Assembly: GCF_026210795.1 (NCBI RefSeq)
Contig: NC_089436.1
Location: 744,001-808,000 of the forward strand
Length of the DNA stretch: 64,000 nt
From: Rhizophagus irregularis
Lineage: Eukaryota
Reading direction: 5' to 3'
Below the pieces are notes generated by a model that was given only the letters and a program-made list of their open reading frames with translations, searched no databases and had not been told where the DNA came from. Shown in pieces: positions 13,090-22,791 of the stretch. The position numbers and the translations under genes are program-made. How positions within the stretch are numbered: the stretch's first letter is position 1; each line of letters opens with the position of its first letter.

Positions 13090-13868
13090 ATCGTCTCTAG
13101 TGGATTGTTTAATATAGGTGGAGGAGGGTTCAATTGTCTAATTCGAAACCATTGTACCTGAATTCTAAGAGCAGCTATCTGTTGGAAAAGTCTATTCCTA
13201 AGTCTCCCTAATGTCTGAATCCCAAAACGCACCCTATTATTAGCATGTGCTAGCTGTACATTAACCTGTCCAAGTTGCGCATTAGCCAATACAAGTTGTC
13301 CTCCAGTCCGAGTAGCCCTCAGCCGCCAATGATTTAAAAGGATATTACCACGATTCACAGCATTTTGAGCCTCATTACGATCCCTTACTGCTTGAGTATA
13401 ATCTGCTTGTAATACATTACGTTCATGTCGTGCCTGATTACGTTCACCTATAGCCCGTCGACGAAGCTCTACCATAGTATCATAATCTCTTTGCAGGTTA
13501 TGGTTTTCTTCTATAAAATTATCATTGGCAGCACGTATAATAACTAATTGACGTTCTAAATTAGTAAACGTTTCATCAAATGCATTTATCTTACCTTGTG
13601 CAAAAACTAACAAATCTTTTGTAATACCAAGTTCTTCATGTTTTGCTTTACAGCGATACATTAATATATTAATAATATGTTTGATTTGATTATTTGCCTC
13701 CTGTATCTCTGAATCAACAGTTAAACGACCCCTGGTAGTCAATAAATTTGCATGAGCCTTTAGTATTCTAACTAATTCATCATCGTCTTTTTCATTGACC
13801 AAGTGTGCAGGAGGTGGTCCAGTAGGTTCTGAAGGAGTATAAACTGGAATTGGTGTTGATGTCGACAT
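13071..13868 (-). CDS. Coiled-coil protein, probably the N-terminal part of the Gag polyprotein
   Basis: Heptad-like ERNQARHERN...RDRNEAQN; poly-Pro linker overlaps the gag ATG by a one-base frame offset. Confidence 0.65.
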   Translation of the reverse strand: MSTSTPIPVYTPSEPTGPPPAHLVNEKDDDELVRILKAHANLLTTRGRLTVDSEIQEANNQIKHIINILMYRCKAKHEELGITKDLLVFAQGKINAFDETFTNLERQLVIIRAANDNFIEENHNLQRDYDTMVELRRRAIGERNQARHERNVLQADYTQAVRDRNEAQNAVNRGNILLNHWRLRATRTGGQLVLANAQLGQVNVQLAHANNRVRFGIQTLGRLRNRLFQQIAALRIQVQWFRIRQLNPPPPILNNPLETIWLPLR

Positions 13869-13899
13869 AGTATTTAAACTAAGTTAGAATAAAATTCAA

Positions 13900-15123
13900 A
13901 TGGATCTTTATGTATACAATTTGGACGAGTACACGACCGACTCAAGACAAGGCAATGAGTTTGCTCCATCATGGCCCTTTCGATTAGCCATAGCAGGTAG
14001 CTCAGACTCAGGTAAGACAACTATGATCATTAATTTGTTAATGGGTGACAAGAAAGTAAAGGAGGATGGTAATCGGTATGTACTATGTGATGCAGTACTT
14101 TTAGTTGGCAGATATCTTGACGAGCCGAAGTGGGCAGTTGTACATGATTTTTTCGAAGAGGAGAAGATCCCATTCACTGCAGTAACCCATAGTGAGATTC
14201 CAGAGATTGACTCCTTCGACTCTACTCAAGCTACTGTGGTAATCTTCGAGGATCTGATGGATGCACCTAAAAAAATCCAGGATCTCATCACTGGTTACTT
14301 TACACATGGACGACACAAAAATATTTCATGTATTTATGTAGCTCAAAGATTCTTTGCCATTCCTAAGGCTATTCGAGAAAATGTTAACTACATCTCACTG
14401 CATGGAGGTCATGGGAGCCTTACAGATACTAAGAGAATCATTCGCCTATATACAGAAGAATCAGAGTCATTAGCACCAGTAATTGATAATCTTACTTTGC
14501 AACGTGAATTTGTAGTGTTTGATCTTAGACGGTCTAAAAGTGATCCACTGTCCATTCGAGTAAGATGGGATACTAGTCTCAGTTCGATCACAGAGCAATC
14601 TCAGTTCAATCCTAGTTCAATCTCAGTTCAATCTCAGTTTGATCCAAGTTTGAACCCAGTTCGATCTCAGTCTGAACCCAGTTCAATCACAGTTCGATCC
14701 AAGTTTAGTCCTTATGGTCAGAAAGCTGTATCTGAAGCAAAAAAAGGTGGACACTTGATTGAATTTGCTCGGGTATTTCCATCCCCTAAAGAGCGTCAAC
14801 ATTTACTTGTACCTGGTGTCTTAGCCAAGAATACAGATACCTGGATTAAATTTGTCTTTCGGGAAGCTTATGGACTTTCTGGTAAGACCCTAGGAGCTGA
14901 CTTTCAGGACTTCTTAGCAAAAGTACAGGGTAGGACTGCAAAGACTGAAACTCTGAAAACTGAGAATGTGAAGGAGTTATTCTCCCGATATGAAGCCCTG
15001 AAGTCTAGTCGCCCTCTGGATAATAAAAAAATAATAGAAGGAATTGAAGTCCTTCTACAGATCTTTTCTAAGAGCCACATGGACCGTCGAGCATTACAAG
15101 TAGGGATTAATAGTATCTTGTGA
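13900..15123 (+). CDS. A32/FtsK-like DNA packaging ATPase with C-terminal extension
   Basis: Walker A GSSDSGKTT; Walker B VVIFEDL; FTHGRHKNISCIYVAQRFFAIPKAIRENVNYI is typical of Polinton/NCLDV packaging ATPases; intact 407 aa. Confidence 0.93.
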   Translation: MDLYVYNLDEYTTDSRQGNEFAPSWPFRLAIAGSSDSGKTTMIINLLMGDKKVKEDGNRYVLCDAVLLVGRYLDEPKWAVVHDFFEEEKIPFTAVTHSEIPEIDSFDSTQATVVIFEDLMDAPKKIQDLITGYFTHGRHKNISCIYVAQRFFAIPKAIRENVNYISLHGGHGSLTDTKRIIRLYTEESESLAPVIDNLTLQREFVVFDLRRSKSDPLSIRVRWDTSLSSITEQSQFNPSSISVQSQFDPSLNPVRSQSEPSSITVRSKFSPYGQKAVSEAKKGGHLIEFARVFPSPKERQHLLVPGVLAKNTDTWIKFVFREAYGLSGKTLGADFQDFLAKVQGRTAKTETLKTENVKELFSRYEALKSSRPLDNKKIIEGIEVLLQIFSKSHMDRRALQVGINSIL

Positions 15124-15664
15124 GAATATCAAGTAATTCGTCTGCAGAAGCTCTAAGAATCATAGCACTTTTTTACGGCCTTCAAAGTCAATCCTTAACA
15201 TCTTAGCCTTCAACCCTATTGCTCCTAAGGCACGAGAAGCAAAGTTCTTAGTCATTGAATTACTTATATGATTTACATAGTTCTCATAGAATGTATTGAA
15301 AGGCTTGTCGATACCATCTGGATATGTACCCCTTAGAAATTGATATAAGGCAATTTCTCCACTATCACAACCTATGGCTATAAGCTGTTCGAGAAGCCAC
15401 TTCCTAATATCTTCATATGGCTCTCCATCCATAATTTTCATATCCAGTCTTTGTGTAAACAATTGTGTAAAGTCCACATTACTTGCCTGACGAATGATCT
15501 GAACTAACTTATCCCTAGCAAGTCCCAAGGCTTAGAGGGTCATTCTCATCACTAATCTTCTTTATAATCTGTCTGTATAATACACTGGATAATCCTCTAT
15601 GTGCTGTTTTTGGAGTGATTACTCCACAGTTTTGGCACTGGTTTATTACGATTGATGTTGACAT
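15107..15664 (-). CDS. Hypothetical protein with N-terminal CxxC and C-terminal winged-helix-like segment (frameshifted)
   Basis: ATG 15664 MSTSIVINQCQNCG, shifting into ORF 15160..15528; the C-terminus resembles the helicase C-terminal domain. Confidence 0.55.
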
Positions 15665-15709
15665 GGCTATCTTTCTTTATGTAAAAAAGAATTATTCAAA
15701 ATTAAGTAA

Positions 15710-16291
15710 CTATTCAGAGCAGTCCTTGCACAACTTGTCCGTTAAGTCACTTGGGCTTACAGGCATGAGACATTCCCTACACAACTCAATATTAAGCTCT
15801 GCAAGTCTCGGGGTATGGTCCTCCAAAGTTCGTGGACGACTGGAAGGACCGGAGGAAGGTGTTCCGTTAGTCGTATCTTGCTGTAAGATAAAATCATCAT
15901 ATTCATCTTGGTCAGCCTGAATAGCAGTCCTGATTTGTTGTATATCATTGAAAGTTAACCGCTGCCCATCAAGATTTTCCTCATTATAGCGTGTTTCATT
16001 GATGATTTCCTCTATAAGCGCCTCTTCTTCATAATGGACAAGGTAGTAATCCTCAACTACCTCATAGTCACTCTCAATCAGTCTATAATATGTTCTAGTA
16101 CCACGTCGAACATAACGTCCTGTATCTGTATTTAAATATACAGGTTGCTCTTCAGGTGGAGGTGCAGTTTGTCTACGGACAAGCCTTCCATCAATATAAT
16201 CATGGGATTCCATAACTATTCGATTAAAGGTATCTCCACCGATAATAATTGGACGTCCAGTTATAGGGTTAGCTATATAAGGGTAAGACAT
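15710..16291 (-). CDS. Hypothetical protein with two NPxTGR-type repeats and a C-terminal CxxC...CxxC zinc finger
   Basis: YIANPITGRPIIIGGDTFNRI and YLNTDTGRYVRRGTRTYYRL resemble the core of the viral 2-cysteine-adaptor repeat; LCRECL...LCKDC at the end. Confidence 0.65.
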   Translation of the reverse strand: MSYPYIANPITGRPIIIGGDTFNRIVMESHDYIDGRLVRRQTAPPPEEQPVYLNTDTGRYVRRGTRTYYRLIESDYEVVEDYYLVHYEEEALIEEIINETRYNEENLDGQRLTFNDIQQIRTAIQADQDEYDDFILQQDTTNGTPSSGPSSRPRTLEDHTPRLAELNIELCRECLMPVSPSDLTDKLCKDCSE

Positions 16292-16356
16292 GTCTTTTTT
16301 CTGTACGTGTCTACATACCTAATAGTTTTCTTCAATTTACAATAACCAAGTGACAC

Positions 16357-16556
16357 GGTCATCAGTCCTTATCAAAAAATACAAGAATACCTGATGATAA
16401 GATTACATGGTCATCAGTCCTTATTAAAAAATGCAAGGATACCTGATGATAAGGTTACATGATCATCAATCCTTGTCGAAAAAATTCAAGGATACCTGAT
16501 GATAAGGTTACATGGTCATCAGTCCTTGTCAAGAAATATGAGGATACCCGATAAAT
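16357..16556. repeat. Four ~52-bp tandem units, each an imperfect hairpin
   Basis: Units start at 16357, 16409, 16461 and 16514; TCATCAGTCCTT...AAGGATACCTGATGA. Confidence 0.9.
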
Positions 16557-16559
16557 AAG

Positions 16560-16972
16560 CTACTCCTGTTGAGTCCATTCATTCCACTTCCAGTCCAGTC
16601 TCCAAGGATCGCCTCCCCATCTTTGTTCACTTAATGCATGCTCTATGGTTTCCCTCTGGGGTCCACGACCATCCCATTCCTAAGCATTTTCTCCATAATA
16701 TAAAGCTGATCCTCGGTGAGGCGGTCTATCCATCTTTTATAGAAGTCGTTTACATCTTCAAATGATATCCAGTCAATATTCCCTTTTTCAAACGGCTTTC
16801 CAAGAGCTTGGACATGCCCAATTGTAGTAGCATAATTTTTCCATCTCTTATATGCTTCTTGACGAACCTCCTGCCACCACACACTATCTACTTTACTCGC
16901 TGCAATAAGGTCAGTATCTGGGATCTTTGCAACAATGCGTTCGACTATTTCTACTGGTAATCGGTCCAACAT
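16560..16972 (-). CDS. F-box protein (frameshift near 16655, Trp-rich tail)
   Basis: MLDRLPVEIVERIVAKIPDTDLIAASKVDSVWW fits the F-box consensus; shifted frame ...RWGGDPWRLDWKWNEWTQQE*. Confidence 0.8.
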
Positions 16973-17092
16973 GATGTTATGTTACTTATACTATAGCCAT
17001 CTTCAATTACTGTATGCCCATTACAAATGGATAAAAAATATAAACTAAATTCGTACGGGAGCCGCTTATGCAAGAAGTTCTGCTAAGGTTTT

Positions 17093-17536
17093 TCAGGCCT
17101 CGTTTTTAGTAATAGATCGCTTTGGGGGACCGGTTGATGAGTCCTTAGTCGCATTATAATACAATTCGAAGAGGGCCTCAAGTTTGTCTAAAAGAGCTTG
17201 TTTATTCTTGTATGATTCACGAATCTTTGCTATCTTAGCAGTATATGCTGCATTATCTGGGAAGAGTTTTCTGGCCACGAACTTCACATATGATACAGGA
17301 GAATTTGCCGTCTGGATTCGCTTGATATACTTCACATGATCCTGGACAAGGTAGCTGGTTTTGCTAAACCCAGATACTAATGCGACTACTATAGTGTCTT
17401 TTCAATGCACGGATAATGCGAGGACAGTTTCATCAGAGACAATGGTGAACTGATTGTGTGATGCATCATAAATAACTTTATCACTAATGCTGTCAGTGCT
17501 GTTAATAATGCTTGCTAATTCGGTATATGTTGACAT
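17093..17536 (-). CDS. Hypothetical protein, interrupted near 17400
   Basis: ATG 17536 (MSTYTELASIINS) is preceded by the element's shared upstream motif and leads into ORF 17093..17335. Confidence 0.5.
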
Positions 17537-17649
17537 GATTCCTTATACTTTTTTGTACTTTGTAATAAATAGGAATCTTCAAATTGACTTTACATTCAAG
17601 CAAGAAAAAATATATATACCTACTGTAAATCCAACCGCATTCTTGGAAA

Positions 17650-19530
17650 TCATGTCCAGATAACCTTGTTTGCATTTTTCACATGGCAGTATCCTGCGGT
17701 TTCAAACTTGAGAGCTTTCAATGCTTTGGATGCATTTTCTGGACAAGTGATAAGTGTAGGACTACTCGGCTGTTCCTCTAGAATAAATCCATCTGTATGG
17801 ATGCGTCGTACTTTATCCTTATATGGTTCTAATAACTCTGAAGTCGTCTTCCGTCCATGTGCTAATAAGAATGGAGCGATCCTAGGATACTCACCCTTGA
17901 AGGGACTACCTGGGTTTGTGAACTGGAATCGCCACTGGTCAGATCCTACTGGTACGATGGAGTCAAGTGTGTGGCCTTCTGGAAACTTGAATGGATCTGT
18001 TTGATCTGTGGTGAGTATCTTGTAATTGCGTTTCCTCTGGCAGAGTGCTCCCCATAGTGTATTGAGAACTCTCTTTGCAACACGACCGGCCACGCCACCC
18101 TGGTTCTTTATATTGAAGAGAAAGTGGACATACTCACCAAATATTACAGTCCCAGGAATTCTTGCTTCTCTGTCATATATCAAGGCATTTGGCTTTCCAT
18201 CCTGGATTAACTGTATATCGAGTCCAAGTTTTTTTGCTCGTTGTAAGTCAATGAATGTATAGACTCCCCTCTTATTCTGTCGGAAGAGAATATCATTACC
18301 ACTTACCGCTTGCCTTGGGCGCTCCCGGAGCTAGCACGAAATAATCCATACAAGGCATAACCTCTATGGTCTACAAAGTCTTTGAGTATTTGAAACTTAC
18401 CTTGTCGGATTGGAAAGTTTGCATTTGATTGCTGAATACTTGGATACAAACTTGTCACGTCGTATTGCCTTCCATAGCCCTTCCATTCGTTGTCTGCCCA
18501 GATAAGACCTCCCATCATTGCATCACTTATCCACTCTGCTTCGACTGGGTCAAGAGGATCATTGGCTGGAACCCCTACACTAAACCGTTCAAAAAGCCAG
18601 AGTGCAGTTCTCTTGTACGACCAGTTGTGGTAAGATAAGTCAATTCCTAGACCCGAACTTCTTTGTAGCCTGTAGGAAGGAATCCCGCTCTTCATGGATC
18701 CTCTGGTATGTTTCCTCAAGTGTTTCATATATTCCAGTTTTACAATTCTTCTCGATAGGGATGAAGGAGTAACTATCAGAGTTCTTACCTTTCTGAAACT
18801 GTCCAACTGTAAGAGACTTAACTGTCTTACCATTGTATATTTTTACTACATTATTAACCCCATCTTCACGATAAACAAAGGGAGACTTTTGTTTTCTATC
18901 TAATTTGCTAGGGTGGAGTCTTCCGGGATTCAGTGCAAGAGAGTAGTGGCCTTCAGACAGGATAAGTGTTGCACGTCTGTCAGATTTGCTCTTAGAAATT
19001 CGAGTGGAATCCCCTACAATATTAAGTGCAAGGCTTCCTGCAAGTTGTTCAATCTTATCCATATATGAGACTGGAACTGGAGCATCACGATTGAGACCTA
19101 ATGCCTTTTTGATATACTCGGGCTTTTCGATTGACTTTGGCATTTTAGAGAATGTGCCGTAGATATATTTCAGGCATTCATACAGGCAATCATTTAGCTC
19201 CCCGTTGCAACCCCCTGCAACCGGTGGGGCATCTCTCACATAAATTATGAATCGTTCAAAATAATCAGGGTCTGCGTCATCCGGTAGTTGTGCTTCGTCG
19301 TAGTGGACTAAGAGTGAGAAGAGGCTGGCTGGTTGGTTTCCTGATGTCCATCCACCGGGTTTCCAGTTTTCATAGGGGAGCAGAATCTGAAATTTATGTG
19401 TCGGATACCGGGATTGGAGTCGCTGTCCAAATCTTGCTATTGCTCCTCTGGAAAATCTTGCGCCTGAATACTGTAATTCTTTGATATCCGGTCTTGTAGG
19501 TAAAGCACGGACAATCTCTGAATAAACCAT
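17650..19530 (-). CDS. Compact protein-primed-type family B DNA polymerase with N-terminal OTU-like protease segment (frameshifts near 18650 and 18320)
   Basis: AMMGGL; motif A YDVTSLYPS; motif B KRVLNTLWG; motif C RIHTDGF; N-terminal NDCLYECL and LILSEGHY; joins ORFs 18640..19530, 18303..18833 and 17650..18183. Confidence 0.85.
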
Positions 19531-19613
19531 TTGATGTATTTATGAATTGTGTTCAGTTGTAATATAGGTTTTTTATACAAAAAATATAAGATAACTAAGA
19601 AGTGCTTATCTTA

Positions 19614-22168
19614 TTAAAAGGAGTCAATCTTGCTGCATACACGATCAAGATCCTCTTCATCCCAGTCGTCGACAATTCCATTGGCGGCTTCCCATTCACG
19701 TTCCATATCAGTTTTTGGACATTCCTCGGGGATCTCTCGCGCTTTACCCTTATTCATCTTCATAGTTTCATAACCGGAGGTGGTAGGGATAATCTCGGCA
19801 TCATGATCCTCCTTATATGCTCTTATTAGATCTGCGAGTTCTTTACGGCTAGGTGTTTTAGGTAAGTACCCATTATATTCTATCCAGTCCTTGAAGCGGT
19901 CTACTACCTCCCTAAGGTAGTACTGGTACTCGTCCTCAATACGTGTTGTGGGACATTCCTCTACTTCAAATGCGAGTATTTCCCAGTCATAGTCGTCTGA
20001 CACGTCTTGGTACTTAGCCCATAAATCCTCACCCTGTATTGTAGAGATCATTGAAGACCTGGTCCTTTGAATTCTCGACCCATGGCTTATGATCCCATCG
20101 GTGCCTTTCATACCAAGCCCAGTGTGCTCGAGTACCTTCCTTTGGTTCAGGGTCCCAGTCAACTTCTAGTTCTGTGTCAGGTTCTGGGATAGGTTGCTTT
20201 TCAGGAGCCGGTTCTGGATCAGGCTTAGTAACAGATGCAGAAAATTCTGCGGGAGACTCGGGTTGTTGTTCAGGAGCTGGGTTCACAGTTGTAAAATCTG
20301 AGTCAGATAGCAAGTCATCTAAAACGTCGTAGTCATCATCAGCTTTAAATGCAGGTTCCTCAGCAGGCGGTTCATTTTCTTGATCAGGTTTCTCATCAGA
20401 TAGATAACAGTCCGAGAAGCTATCTATAGGTTCATCAGTATCTGACTCTATAGGAGCTGGAGATTCTTCAGGAATAGGATCCTCATTGATGACAGGTGCG
20501 GGTTTTACCTTCAAGGAATCGGGTTTGGGTGGTACTGGTGGTGAAGTCTTTTTGGGAACTACAAGTGCAGATTTCTCTTCAGTAGGCTTTTTCTTGACAG
20601 GGAGCGGGTTTTTCCTCAGCAGGTTTCTCTTGTACATCTTGTGGATTATTAGCAGGAATGCTATATATATTTGCCAAGAACTTTTCTAAGGCTTTGGGAT
20701 CAGATGCGGGCTTCTCAGGAGTTTCTACATCTATTCCTTCTATATTGATTTCATCTGTTTCGTGGATCCATTTTTTGGTGAGAAACTTTTTGTAAAGGTC
20801 CTCCCTGGATATGCTGTAAACTCGTGGTGTTGCCTTACCTACACGTATTTTTCTGCTATTTATACCCAACTCATTTGATAGGATTCTAGAAGCGTTTATC
20901 TTTGATAGGGGTGTAATGCAATGAGTTTCGCAGTATGAAGTATATACCCTATAAAATTCTTGAACAGGTAGGTCGGTTATATGATTTTTTACTATGAGGT
21001 AAGTGTCCTTTATGAATTGAAATAGGGGTGGGAGAGTTGATATGATGTGATCCTGCTTAGATATTGTCATAGGTGGTGGATTCCCATTGAAGTCTGGGTA
21101 AGTGTCTGCAATGGCTCTCAAGTAAGCATAGAATGCCTCACTGGCGCCTGGGTATTTCATAGCATCGCTGAGTTTCTTAAAGTAGTTAAGGTCTCCCTTG
21201 CGGGATGGTGACACATCCAAGAACACTGTGCGCCTATCGTCATTCTCCACTCTGAGAGCATTTTCATTGGTGAGTACAATAGTGGATATAAAGTTTTTGT
21301 AATGTGTTGGCGTCTTGTATTTTTCATGGATTTCCATTATGTCACCTGTTACCTTATCCTTCAACGATCGATACAGATTATTCCACTGGCTTTTTTCTGT
21401 AGGCATTTCCTCGAGGAGGAGAAGAATCTTACCTTGTAATTGCCCATTGAAACTTCCAAGAATCGTTTGAGGATCGCTGGTCTTATAAACAAGTTGAGTA
21501 CCTAAGACACTACGTTGAATGAAATCTGTTATAATACTCTTACCCCAACCCTGTCCGGATTTCAGGTAGAGAATCGAATACATTTTCCTTCCAGCTGCCA
21601 CACCGGCCAACCACTTTATGATATACTCAGTAAGATTCCAATCGCCTGAACACCAGATATCCTGAATGTGGGAGAAGATAAATTTAACTGCCTGATGGGT
21701 TGTAGACTCAAAATTGGATATCAGACGCAGGATATGGAGAAATCCTGGGAAGATATTGAGATAAAGTTGGCCACCTAGTTTAAAGATACGGGATTTTTGA
21801 GGGTCACAGGTAGCTACACATACAGTACTATATTCGATCATAAACCATTTGTTGATATTGAATTCAACCTTTTGTGAAGGACCTTGTTCGGATTGTGTGT
21901 AAAAGACTTTGGTAATTGGACGGATAAGTTTACTAATATTTTTATCGGGGATGTGCTCGAGGTTTTTGATTTCTGATCGCCACATGAAGACTCCATGTGG
22001 GTTGGAGCAGGGGATAAAGTAACTGCAAAGATAACCTTTAGCTTGATTGAGATCCCTCATATTCTTTGCAGCGTTAATGAGCCGTTTAAGCTCATCAATA
22101 CTAAAAGCCTTCTTCTGTTCACCGAACTTGGGGATAACTTGAGCTTGAGTGCTAGTTTGGGCAGTCAT
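19614..22168 (-). CDS. D5-like SF3 helicase with winged helix and long Pro/Glu-rich acidic tail (frameshifts near 20630 and 20040)
   Basis: Walker A SGQGWGKS; Walker B LLLLEEM; motif C IVLTN; DDRR; joins ORFs 20579..22183, 20029..20637 and 19614..20162. Confidence 0.85.
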
Positions 22169-22402
22169 TTTTTGTTCTATCAAATCGAGTACTAATTTAT
22201 AGTTACCTAATCTTCAATTGCCGAATATTTTTCCAAAAATCTGCACTCCTACCAATTTACCCTCCTGTAGTCCTATGGTCCTGCAATTCTGCGGTCCTCC
22301 GGTCCTCCGGTCCTCTGGTTATATCTGGTTATCTTCTAGGGGTAAAAAAAAACTATAAACCACGAACCTTTACGACTGCTCTAAATCTTCCCTTCCCCTT
22401 TT

Positions 22403-22762
22403 TCAAACTACATATATCTGAAATCCAAACCGCTCAAGAGCTCCTTTTACTATAGTTAGCTTTTTTCTAGTGTCCGTTAACTCTTTACAAGCCTTTTGAT
22501 ACGCCTTCCATTCAAGTTCACGGAGGATACCCTCCTCCTCCAATGATTGGCCAAGAGCATCATTTGCTTTTTCCTTCTTTTCTACTGCCCTGTCGTATGC
22601 CTCCTCGGCTTTTTTATGCCACTTCCAGAGTACTCGTTCAGCTTCGGCTTTCCAGATTGGGCTGACTTCTAAAAGACGTGGCCCGAAATTGCTACTTGGA
22701 ATGTGTTCCAGGATATGGCCTACAAGTTCGGGAATTACTGATACTGCGTGCGGGGTATACAT
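22403..22762 (-). CDS. F-box-like protein with coiled-coil C-terminus
   Basis: IPELVGHILEHIPSSNFGPRLLEVSPIWK is F-box-like. Confidence 0.65.
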   Translation of the reverse strand: MYTPHAVSVIPELVGHILEHIPSSNFGPRLLEVSPIWKAEAERVLWKWHKKAEEAYDRAVEKKEKANDALGQSLEEEGILRELEWKAYQKACKELTDTRKKLTIVKGALERFGFQIYVV

Positions 22763-22791
22763 GTTATCTGTCCTTATAGGTTACTTATGGT

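Noticed and set aside
9810..13868. Nested LTR retrotransposon (gag-pro-integrase-chromodomain)
   Set aside because: The integrase is on the opposite strand to gag-pro and lacks the HHCC domain, and no RT, RNase H, LTR or separate TSD is visible.
16357..16556. CRISPR-like hairpin repeats
   Set aside because: The loops are homologous variants rather than unique spacers.
9781..22195. Short antisense or overlapping ORFs in the element (e.g. 9781..10083, 13908..14177, 17666..18004, 20486..20689)
   Set aside because: Shadows of the motif-bearing genes on the opposite strand.
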